Part shown: in pieces, positions 13,265-25,200 of the stretch
Layout of the letters: every line of letters starts with the position of its first letter
Position numbering within the stretch: the stretch's first letter is position 1
Source: Amoebophrya sp. A120
Taxonomy: Eukaryota; Protista; Dinoflagellata
Direction of reading: 5' to 3'
Length of the DNA stretch: 64,000 nucleotides
NCBI GenBank assembly: GCA_905178155.1
Contig: CAJINV010000027.1
Location: forward strand, 185,697 to 249,696
Position numbers and translations under genes: made by a program
The notes under the pieces: generated by a model
Told to the model about the DNA's origin: nothing
The model's input: the letters and a program-made list of their open reading frames with translations, nothing else
The model's database searches: none

Positions 13265-16200
13265 ATGGCCTGTATCATACAGAAAAGCACACCCAAGATA
13301 GCACCAGGGAAAAAGATAATTTGTGTTGCTTCATTTGTCGCGCAGAGAGCTCTGTGATGCGGAGACCGCAGGGAAAACAGTTCTCACTCATGCAGAATGC
13401 AGCCTGTGACGCGTTTTGTCGATTGCGAAAGAGGTGCCAAAGAAGTTTGTCATGCGGAACAGCCGAGATGATCTCTTTGGCTACACGGAAACAGCAACAC
13501 AAATTTGGGTTTATTCCTGGTATCATGGCTGGAGTTTCTTGCTTGATAGCCTGGCTCGAGTACCTGCCGCGCTTCTCCCTGGTATCCAAAATAACTTTCC
13601 AAAGGCGACAAAGTCTGTGCTGGATTGATACCCGATGCAACTATCGAAACAGGCTTGCATGACCCGTGCGCGCATCTAGCCAGGGAGACAAGCCCCTTGC
13701 CTACTGGAGAAAACTCTCGGACAGGCTCTTCCCTAATGAGCAGATGCATCTTCTGGCCAGCGGAAGTTTGACCCTTCCGCTTGCTAGATGCAATCCCACT
13801 GCTAGGAGACTCGGCCTGGCATCCAGCCAGGGAGAAAGGCCCTTTGCCTACTGGAGCAAACTAGGCAAGGTCTGTCGCCGTATGAGAGTGCATCTGGCCA
13901 GCAGAACTTTGAAACTTCCGCTGGCCAGATGCACTCCCATCAATAGGCCACTCGGTCTTGCACCTAGCCAGGCAGAAGAGCCCTTTGCCTACTGGAGCAA
14001 CCCAGGGAGGCACGGCCCTTCCCCGTGTGAGGATGCATCTGGCCAGCGGAAGTTTGAAACTTCCGCTGGCCAGATGCACTGCCATCAATAGGCGACTCGG
14101 CCTTGCATCCAGCCAGGGAGAAAGGCCCTTTGCCTACTGGAGCAAACTAGGCAAGGTCTGTCGCCGTATGAGAGTGCATCTGGCCAGCAGAACTTTGAAA
14201 CTTCCGCTGGCCAGATGCACTCCCATCAATAGGCCACTCGGTCTTGCACCTAGCCAGGCAGAAGAGCCCTTTGCCTACTGGAGCAACCCAGGGAGGCACG
14301 GCCCTTCCCCGTGTGAGGATGCATCTGGCCAGCGGAAGTTTGAAACTTCCGCTGGCCAGATGCACTGCCATCAATAGGCGACTCGGCCTTGCATCCAGCC
14401 AGGGAGAAAGGCCCTTTGCCTACTGGAGCAAACTAGGCAAGGTCTGTCGCCGTATGAGAGTGCATCTGGCCAGCAGAACTTTGAAACTTCCGCTGGCCAG
14501 ATGCACTCCCATCAATAGGCCACTCGGTCTTGCACCTAGCCAGGCAGAAGAGCCCTTTGCCTACTGGAGCAACCCAGGGAGGCACGGCCCTTCCCCGTGT
14601 GAGGATGCATCTGGCCAGCGGAAGTTTGAAACTTCCGCTGGCCAGATGCACTGCCATCAATAGGCGACTCGGCCTTGCATCCAGCCAGGGAGAAAGGCCC
14701 TTTGCCTACTGGAGCAAACTAGGCAAGGTCTGTCGCCGTATGAGAGTGCATCTGGCCAGCAGAACTTTGAAACTTCCGCTGGCCAGATGCACTCCCATCA
14801 ATAGGCCACTCGGTCTTGCACCTAGCCAGGCAGAAGAGCCCTTTGCCTACTGGAGCAACCCAGGGAGGCACGGCCCTTCCCCGTGTGAGGATGCATCTGG
14901 CCAGCGGAAGTTTGAAACTTCCGCTGGCCAGATGCACTGCCATCAATAGGCGACTCGGCCTTGCATCCAGCCAGGGAGAAAGGCCCTTTGCCTACTGGAG
15001 CAAACTAGGCAAGGTCTGTCGCCGTATGAGAGTGCATCTGGCCAGCAGAACTTTGAAACTTCCGCTGGCCAGATGCACTCCCATCAATAGGCCACTCGGT
15101 CTTGCACCTAGCCAGGCAGAAGAGCCCTTTGCCTACTGGAGCAACCCAGGGAGGCACGGCCCTTCCCCGTGTGCGGGTGCATCTGGCCAGCGGAAGTTTG
15201 AGACTTCTGCTGGTCAGATGCACTGCCGTTATTAGGCGACTCGGCCTTGCATATAGCCAGCGAGAAAGGCCCTGTGCCTACTGGAGCAAACTAGGCAAGG
15301 TCTGTCGCCGTATGAGAGTGCATCTGGGCAGCAGAACTTTGAAACTTCCGCTGGCCAGATGCACTCCCATCAATAGGCCACCCGGTCTTGCACCTAGCCA
15401 GGCAGAAGAGCCCTTTGCCTACTGCACCAACACAGGGAGGCGCGGCCCTTCCCCGTGTGCGGGTGCATCTGGCCAGCGGAAGTTTGACACTTCCGCTGGC
15501 CAGATGCACTGCCATCAATAGGCGACTCGGCCTGGCATCCAGCCAGGGAGAAAGGCCCTTTGCCTACTGGAGTAAAAAACTAGGCAAGGTCTGTCGCCGT
15601 ATGAGAGTGCATCTGGCCAGCAGAACTTTGAAGCCTCCGCTGGCCAGATGCACTCCCATCAATAGGCCACTCGTTCTTGCACCTAGCCAGGCAGAAGAGC
15701 CCTTTTGCCTACTGGAGCAACCCAGGGAGGCGCGGCCCTTCCCCGTGTGAGGGTGCATCTGGCCAGATGCACTGCCATTATTAGGCGACTCGGCCTTGCA
15801 TCTAGCCACCAAGAAAGGCCCTGCGCCTACTGGAGCAAACTAGGCAAGGTCTGTCGCCGTGTGAGAGTGCATCTGGGCAGCAGAACTTTGAAACTTCCGT
15901 TGGCCAGATGCACTCCCATCAATAGGCCACTCGGTCGCGCGCCTAGCCAGGCAGAAGAGCCCTCTGCCCACTGGAGCAACCCAGGGGGGCGCGGCCCTTC
16001 CCCGTGTGAGGGTGCATCTGGCCAGCGGAAGTTTGAAACCTCCGCTGGCCAGATGCACTGCCATCAATAGGCGACTCGGCCTTGCATCCAACCAGGGAGA
16101 AAGGCCCTTCGCCTACTGGAGCAAACTAGGCAAGGCCCTTCCCCGTGTGCGGGTGCATCGGGCCAGCGGAAGTTCGAAACCTCCCCTGGCCAGATGCATT

Positions 16201-19200
16201 GCCATCAATATTATAAGCGGGACTCGCACTTGCATCTACCCAGGGAGAAAAACCCTTTGCCTACTGGAGCAAACTAAGCAAGGTCTGTCGCCGTATGAGG
16301 GTGCATCTGGCCAGCGGAAGTTTGAAACCTCCGCTGGCCAGATGCACTGCCATCAATAGGCGACTCGGCCCTCCATCTAGCCAGGGAGAAAGGCCCTGTG
16401 CCTACTGAAGCAAACCAGGCAAGGCCCTTCCCCGTGCGCGGATGCATCTGGCCACCGGGGGTTTGAAACTTCCCCTGGCCAGATGCATTCCCACAGGCAG
16501 GCGCGCCCTCGACCGTGCATCTAGCCAGGGAGAAAAGCCCTTTGCCTACTGGAGCAAACTATCTAGGCAAGGTCTGTCGCCGTATGAGAGTGCATCTGGC
16601 CAGCGGAACTTCGAAACTTCCGCTGGCCAGATGCACTCCCATCAGCAGGCGACTCGGTCTTGCATCTAGCCAGGGAGAAAAGACCTTTGCCTACGGGAGC
16701 AACCCAGGAAGGCGCGGCCCTTCCCCGTGTGGGGATGCATCTGGCCAGCGGAAGTTTGAAACTTCCGCTGGCCAGATGCACTACCATCAATAGGCGACTC
16801 GGCCTTGCATCCAGCCAGGAGGAAAGGCCCTTTGGCTACTGGAGCAAACTAGGCAAGGTCTGTCGCCGTATGAGAGTGCATCTGGCCAGCAGAACTTTGA
16901 AACTTCCGCTGGCCAGATGCACTCCCATCAATAGGCCACTCGGTCTTGCACCTAGCCAGGCAGAAGAGCCCTTTGCCTACTGGAGCAACCCAGGGGGGCA
17001 CGGCCCTTCCCCGTGTGAGGATGCATCTGGCCAGCGGAAGTTTGAAACTTCCGCTGGCCAGATGCACTGCCATCAATAGGCGACTCGGCCTTGCATCCAG
17101 CCAGGGAGAAAGGCCCTTTGCCTACTGGAGCAAACTAGGCAAGGTCTGTCGCCGTATGAGAGTGCATCTGGCCAGCAGAACTTTGAAACTTCCGCTGGCC
17201 AGATGCACTCCCATCAATAGGCCACTCGGTCTTGCACCTAGCCAGGCAGAAGAGCCCTTTGCCTACTGGAGCAACCCAGGGGGGCACGGCCCTTCCCCGT
17301 GTGAGGATGCATCTGGCCAGCGGAAGTTTGAAACTTCCGCTGGCCAGATGCACTGCCATCAATAGGCGACTCGGCCTTGCATCCAGCCAGGGAGAAAGGC
17401 CCTTTGCCTACTGGAGCAAACTAGGCAAGGTCTGTCGCCGTATGAGAGTGCATCTGGCCAGCAGAACTTTGAAACTTCCGCTGGCCAGATGCACTCCCAT
17501 CAATAGGCCACTCGGTCTTGCACCTAGCCAGGCAGAAGAGCCCTTTGCCTACTGGAGCAACCCAGGGGGGCACGGCCCTTCCCCGTGTGAGGATGCATCT
17601 GGCCAGCGGAAGTTTGAAACTTCCGCTGGCCAGATGCACTGCCATCAATAGGCGACTCGGCCTTGCATCCAGCCAGGGAGAAAGGCCCTTTGCCTACTGG
17701 AGCAAACTAGGCAAGGTCTGTCGCCGTATGAGAGTGCATCTGGCCAGCAGAACTTTGAAACTTCCGCTGGCCAGATGCACTCCCATCAATAGGCCACTCG
17801 GTCTTGCACCTAGCCAGGCAGAAGAGCCCTTTGCCTACTGGAGCAACCCAGGGGGGCACGGCCCTTCCCCGTGTGAGGATGCATCTGGCCAGCGGAAGTT
17901 TGAAACTTCCGCTGGCCAGATGCACTGCCATCAATAGGCGACTCGGCCTTGCATCCAGCCAGGGAGAAAGGCCCTTTGCCTACTGGAGCAAACTAGGCAA
18001 GGTCTGTCGCCGTATGAGAGTGCATCTGGCCAGCAGAACTTTGAAACTTCCGCTGGCCAGATGCACTCCCATCAATAGGCCACTCGGTCTTGCACCTAGC
18101 CAGGCAGAAGAGCCCTTTGCCTACTGGAGCAACCCAGGGGGGCACGGCCCTTCCCCGTGTGAGGATGCATCTGGCCAGCGGAAGTTTGAAACTTCCGCTG
18201 GCCAGATGCACTGCCATCAATAGGCGACCCGGCCTTGCATCCAGCCAGGGAGAAGGGCCCTTTGCCTACTGGAGCAAACTAGGCAAGGTCTGTCGCCGTA
18301 TGAGAGTGCATCTGGCCAGCAGAACTTTGAAACTTCCGCTGGCCAGATGCACTCCCATCAATAGGCTCCGCGGTCTTGCACCTAGCCAGGCAGAAGAGCC
18401 CTTTGCCTACTGGAGCAACCCAGGGAAGCACGGCCCTTCCCCGTTTGAGGGTCCATCTGGCCAGCGGAAGGCTGAAACTTCCGCTGGCCAGATGCACTGC
18501 CATCAATAGGCGACTCGGCGTGGCATCCAGCCAGGGAGAAAGACCCGTTGCCTACTGGAGCAAACTAGGCAAGGTCTGTCGCCGTATGAGAGTGCATCTG
18601 GCCAGCGGAATTTTGAAACTTGCGCTGGCCAGATGCACTGCCATCAATACGCGACTCGGGCTTGCATCTAGCCGGGGAGGAGAGCCCTTTGCCTACTGGA
18701 GCAACCCAGGGAGGCACGGCCCTTCCCCGTGTGAGGGTGCATCTGGCCAGCGGAAGTTTGACACCTCCGCTGGCCAGATGCACTGCCATCAGTGGGCGAC
18801 TCGGCCTTGCATCCAGCCAGGGAGAAAGACCCATTGCCTACCGGAGCAAACCAGGCAAGGTCTGTCGCCGTATGAGAGTGCATCTGGCCAGCAGAACTTT
18901 GAAACTTCCGCTGGCCAGATGCACTCCCATCAATACGCCCCTCGGTCTTGCACCTACCCAGGCAGAAGAGCCCTTCGCCTACTGGAGCAACCCAGGGAGG
19001 CACGGCCCTTCTCCGTGTGAGGGTGCATCTGGCCAGCGGAAGTTTGACGCACTGCCATCAATAGGCGACTCGGCCTTGCATCCAGCCAGGGAGAAAGGCC
19101 CTTTGCCTACTGGAGCAAACTAGGCAAGGTCTGTCGCCGTATGAGATTGCATCTGGCCCGCAGAACTTTGAAAATTCCGCTGGCCCGATGCACTCCCATC

Positions 19201-22200
19201 AATAGGCCACTCGGTCTTGCACCTAGCCAGGCAGAAGAGCCCTTTGCCTACTGGAGCAACCCAGGGAGGCGCGGCCCTTCCCCGCGTGAGGGTGCATCTG
19301 GCCAGCGGAAGTTTGAAACTTCCGCTGGCCAGATGCGCTGCCATCAATAGGCGACTCGGCCTTGCATCCAGCCAGGGAGAAGGAAGCGCCCCTTGCCTAC
19401 TGGAGCAAGCTCAGCAAGGTCTGTCGCCGTAGGAGAGTGCATCTGGCCAGCGGGGCTCTGAAACTTCCGCCGGCTAGATGCACTCCCATCAGTAGGCGAC
19501 TCGGTCTCGCATCTAGCCAGGGAGAAGAGCCCTGTGCCTACCGGAGCAAACCAGGCACGGCCCTTCCCCGTGTGGGGGTGCATCTGGCCAGCGGAAGTTC
19601 GAAACCCCCCCCGGCCAGATGCACTCCCACAGGCAGGCGCGCCCTCGACCGTGCATCCAGCCAGGGAGAAAGGCCCTTTGCCTACTGGAGCAAACTAGGC
19701 AAGGTCTGTCGCCGTATGAGAGTGCATCTGGCCAGCGGAATTTTGAAACTTCCGCTGGCCAGATGCACTGCCATCAGTACGCGCCTCGGGCTTGCATCTC
19801 GCCGGGGGGGAGAGCCCTTTGCCTACTGGAGCAACCCAGGGAGGCGCGGCCCTTTCCCGTGGGAGAGACAAACACACACGACCGGGCCAAGTTTTGGTGG
19901 TCCGGTAGCTCCGAAACACGGGTAGGCGCAGGTGGTCGGGTGGCTCGCAAACAGCGACGGAAAGCGGCCGCCCCAAAGGGACAAAGAAACACACACGACC
20001 GGGCCAAGTTTTGGTGGTCCGGTAGCTCCGAAACACGGGCAGACGCAGGTGGTCGGGTGGCTCGCAAACAGCGACGGAAAGCGGCCGCCCCAAAGAGACA
20101 AACACACACGACCGGGCCAAGTTTTGGCGGTCCGGTAGCTCCGAAACACGGGCAAAGGCAGGTGGTCGGGTGGCTCGCAAACAGCGACGGAAAGCGGCCG
20201 CCCCAAAGAGACAAACACACACGACCGGGCCAGGTTTTGGTGGTCCGGTAGCTCCGAAACACGGGCAGACGCAGGTGGTCGGGTGGCTCGCAAACAGCGA
20301 CGGAAAGCGGCCGCCCCAAAGAGACAAACACACACGACCGGGCCAAGTTTTGGCGGTCCGGTAGCTCCGAAACACGGGCAGACGCAGGTGGTCGGGTGGC
20401 TCGCAAGCAGCGACGGAAAGCGGCCGCCCCAAAGAGACAAACACAAACGACCGGGCCAAGTTTTGGTGGTCCGGTAGCTCCGAAACACGGGCAGACGCAG
20501 GTGGCCGGGTTGCTCGCAAACAGCGACGGAAAGCGGCCGCCCCAAAGAGACAAAGAGACACACACGACCGGGCGAGATTTTGGTGGTCCGGTAGCTCCGA
20601 AACACGGGCAGAGGCAGGCGGTCGGGTGGCTCGCAAACAGCGACGGAAAGCGGCCGCCCCAAAGAGACAAACACACACGACCGGGCCAGGTTTTGGCGGT
20701 CCGGTAGCTCCGAAACACGGGCAGAAGCAGGTGGTCGGGTGGCTCGCAAACACACAGCGACGGAAAGCGGCCGCCCCAAAGAGACAAACACACACGACCG
20801 GGCAAAGTTTTGGCGGTCCGGTAGCTCCGAAACACGGGCAGACGCGGGGGGGTCCGGTGGCTCGCAAACATTGACGGAAAGCGGCCGGCCCAAAGAGACA
20901 AACACACACGGCCGGGCAAAGTTTTGGCGGTCCGGTAGCTCCGAAGCACGGGCAGAAGCGGGCGGCCCGGTGGCTCGCAAACATTGACGGAAAGCGGCCG
21001 CCCCAAAGAGACAAACGCACACGACCGGGCAAAGCTTTGGTGGTCCGGTAGCTCCGAAACACGGGCAGACGCGGGTGGTCCGGTGGCTCGCAAACGTTGA
21101 CGGAAAGCGGCCGCCCCAAAGAGACAAACACACACGACCGGGCAAAGTTTTGGCGGTCCGGTAGCTCCGAAACACGGGCAGAAGCGGGCGGCCCGGTGGC
21201 TCGCAAACATTGACGGAAGGCGGCCGCCCCAAAGAGACAGACACACACGGACGGGCCAGGTTTTGGCGGCCCGGCACCCCGTCCCCCCGTGGAGAAAACT
21301 GCCCAAGGCCTGCGCTCACATAGGTGAGCACGTGGTCGGCGGGCGTCAAAATGTCGATGGCTCGCCGCGCTGTCCCGGCCCTGGGGTTCTCCTGCGCACA
21401 TCTGTTTGGCATTTCGCACAGACTAGGTCTCGCTTTTCTGTCCATACCAGCGTCGGTTTTTTTACGGTGGAGATGGCGAGGGGCTAATCGGTATGCACTG
21501 TAAGACGCAAAATCCGCCACACAATACGTCTGATGCACGAGGAATGCACGCCGGGCATGAGATGCATTTCGCGGGCCTCTAGCGTTTCTCGCTTCTCTCC
21601 ATCGGGGAAAAGCAGTGCGAAGGCCCAGCGACCTCGGCTGCCAGATGCGACTGCAAGTAGTCGAGCCTCAGCTTTTTGCATATAAAGAGGATCCAAAAGT
21701 TGCTTTCAACTAAAAACGATTCGAAAATGTGTGCTGGGGACGGATTTTTTCCGGAGGAGAAACGACGATGAGGCACCAGCAGGGCAAGCTGTTGTATCCT
21801 ACACACTGAGCACGCTCACATTCTCGTATCCAAAATACCTAGATGGCAACTCCAAAAGACGGGTGGCGAATATGTGGAACGACGACCGAATTAGCTCGTT
21901 TCGGCTTCCATTTTGTGAGGGGTAGAATAAGTGCATCAGAAGCATTTTGAAAACAGCGCGCTTTCAATTTGTGGAACCGCGACCCAATTAGGTTCTTTTG
22001 GGGTCCTTTTTTCCGGGCCCGAAGAAGGTAAGAATGGGGGCGGCGAAAGGAGCGCTCCCAATTTGTGGAACCACGGGCGAATTAGGTTCAAGCAGAGGCC
22101 TCTTTTTCCGCTCACGCGGATGCCGGTGTGGCCTTAAATCGAACTGCCAATTTGTGGAACCACGACCGAATTAGGTTCGTTTCCGGTTCCATTTTGTGAG

Positions 22201-25200
22201 AGGTAGACTAAGTGCTTCGGAAGCATTTAAAAAACAGCGCGTTTTTATTTTGTGGAACCACGAGCAAATTAGGTTCTCTTGGTGTCCTGTTTTCCGGGCC
22301 CGAAAAAGGTAAGAATGAGGCTGAAGAAAGCAGCACTGCAAATTTGTGGAACGACGAGCGAATTAGGCTCATTTGGGGCCACATTTTCCCGCGCCCGCGG
22401 ATGGCTGTGCGCTTCTAATTTGTGGAACCGCGGGCGAATTAGGTTCATTTCGGGCTACAGTTTCTGAAGGGTCAGAGAAGCACCTTCGAGCGCTTCGAAA
22501 GAAACGCGCTTTCAATTTGTGGAACCGCGACCGGCTTAGGTTATTTTCCGGGCCTTTTTTCCAGGCCTGCGGGATGGAAGACCGATGCTTGAAAAGCAGC
22601 AATTCTAATTTGTGGAACCACGAGCGAATTAGCTTCGTTCGAGGTCTTATTTTCCCAGGGCCGCGGGATGAGGCGCATTCGAAATGCCACGTCTTTAATT
22701 TGTGGAACCACGACCGGATTAGGTTCTTTTGGGGCCCTCTTTTCCGGGCCCTGGGGCTGGAAGAAAGGGCCAAAGAAATCTGCAGTGGCAATTTGTGGAA
22801 CCACGAGGGAGTTGGGTTCATTTCGGGTCCTATTTTCCCGGGCCCGCGAATAGGAGAATCCACCCAAAGCCGCACTGCCAATTTGTGGAACCACGGGCAA
22901 ACTAGGTTCATATCTGGCTCCATTTTTTGAAGGGTAAGAGAAGCGCCTTCGAGCGTTTCAAAAGAAACGCGCTTTCAATTTGTGGAACCACGACCGGCTT
23001 AGGTTCTTTTCCGGGCCTTTTTTCCAGGCCTGCGGGATGGAGGACCGATGCTTGAAAAGCAGCAATTCTAATTTGTGGAACCACGAGCGAAGTAGTTTCG
23101 TCCGATATCTTATTTTCCCCGGGCCGCGGGATGAGGCGCATTCGAAATGCCACGTCTTTAATTTGTGGAACCACGACCGGAATAGGTTCTTTTGGGGTCC
23201 TCTTTTCCGGGCCCTGAGGCTGGAAGAAAGGGGCAAAGAAATCTGCAGTGGCAATTTGTGGAACCACGAGGGAGTTGGGTTCATTTCGGGTCCTATTTTC
23301 CCGGGCCCGCAAATAGAAGAATCCACTCAAAGCCGCATTGCCAATTTGTGGAACCACGGGCAAATTAGGTTCGCTCTGGCTCCATTTTTTGAAGGGGAAC
23401 AGAAGCGCCTTCGAGCGTTTCGAAAGAAACGCGCTTTCAATTTGTGGAACCACGACCGGCTTAGGTTCTTTTCCGGGTCTTTTTTCCAGGCCTGGGGGAT
23501 GGAAGAACGATGCTTGAAAAGCAGCAATTCTAATTTATATTTATGGAACCACGAGCGAATTACCTTCGTTCGAGGTCTTATTTTCCCAGGGCCGCGGGAT
23601 GAGGCGCATTCGGAATGCCACGCTTTTAATTTGTGGAACCACGACCGGATTAGGTTCTTTTGGGGTCGTCTTTTCCGGGCCCTGGGGCTGGAAGAAAGGG
23701 GGAAAGAAATCTGCAGTGGCAATTTCTGGAACCACAAGGGAGTTGGGTTCATTTCGGGTCCTATTTTCCCGGGCCCGCGAATAGGAGAATCCGCCCAAAG
23801 CCGCACTGCCTTTTTGTGGAACCACGGGCAAATTAGGTTCATTTCTGGCTCCATTTTTTGAAGGGTAAGAGAAGCGCCTTCGAGCGTTTCGAAAGAAACG
23901 CGCTTTCAATTTGTGGAACCACGACCGGCTTAGGTTCTTTTGGGGTCCTTTTTTTCGGGCCCGAGGGAGGCAAGAATGGAGTCTAAGAATGCCGTGCCTC
24001 CAATTTTTGGAAGTACGAGCGAGTTAGGTTCATTCAGAGGCCTCTTTTCCCGCTCACGCGGATGGCTGTGTGCTTCTTCTTAATTTGTGGAACCACGGGC
24101 GAATTACTTAGGTTCATTTCGGGCTCCATTTTGTGAGGATGAGAAATGGTACTGCCCGAAGACATCTACATCTAGCGCGTATTCAATTTGTGCAACCATG
24201 ACCATAGTAGGTTCATTTTGAAATCCATTTTGTAGTGGGGAAAGTGTATACGAAAATAGGCTGTGCTCTTTTCATGTGGGATATTCCGCCCAACCGCAGG
24301 ACCCGAACCTCGCGCCGCGGCTATCAAGTGAAAATCAGTGTCTCGGGTGTGGTATCAAATGTAAAAATGTCTGGGTCTGGAAACTTGTGATGCTAAAATG
24401 TGGATGATGGAAACAGTTCCGAATGCAACCCAGCATGACAACTTTCCAGAGCGCTTTCTCATACGCAATCCGCATCAGGAACTGCGTTTTTGCATGTACA
24501 AAAGAGGCTGCGACTTCTGTTGGTTATGCAGCACAGAAAGCTAGCATTACAACTTCCAACCATTCAGACCCAGACATTTTTGCATTTGATATGTGGAAGA
24601 TTTCAAGAATTGCCATGCACCTCACGGACCACGCACATGGTCTGGAATGCGATGTCGCCAGAAGCATGATCACAGCTTTATCTAGCGTTTGTGCGTTACA
24701 GATTTTTGATGTGGTCAAGACTTCGCATGACACCCTGCATCCTTCCACACATGATCCGGGGATATTTGCAATCCATACTGCCCTCCGCTCAACGACGCTG
24801 CCGCGGACCCGCTAGTAGACATCGTGCACCAGTTCCCGAATCAGGCCGTCTGGTTCTATGCAGTGCAAATACGTCTGGGTCGGGAAGATTTCAAGGTTTG
24901 TCATGCGTGATTTGCATGACCCATGATGCCTGTAATGAATGCCCCAGCATCACAGATTTTTAGAACGCTTCCTGTAGTTACCGATTCCGCATGAGAAATA
25001 CACCCTCCGCGTAGCACGCGCTGGACTCCTCTTGCTGGTCATGCAATCCAGCTTTTTCTAGAATCGAAAGACACCAGCATGACAAGTTCCAACCTTCCAG
25101 ACCCAGACAGAGTTGTAATGCATAGGTTCATCAAAATCGCGATGATTTTCGGTTCCGTCATATCCTGAGTAAAAACGTCCCCACCCCATAGTTGTCATGC

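Noticed and set aside
9316-21538. Long repetitive ORFs (e.g. 9456-11285, 19695-21538 and the many 139-aa ORFs)
   Set aside because: Satellite read-through; unit lengths of 103, 113 and 286 bp are not multiples of 3 and no domain is recognisable.
21865-24230. CRISPR-like repeat-spacer pattern
   Set aside because: Spacers recur every fifth unit and resemble each other, repeats are degenerate, there are no cas genes, and the context is eukaryotic.
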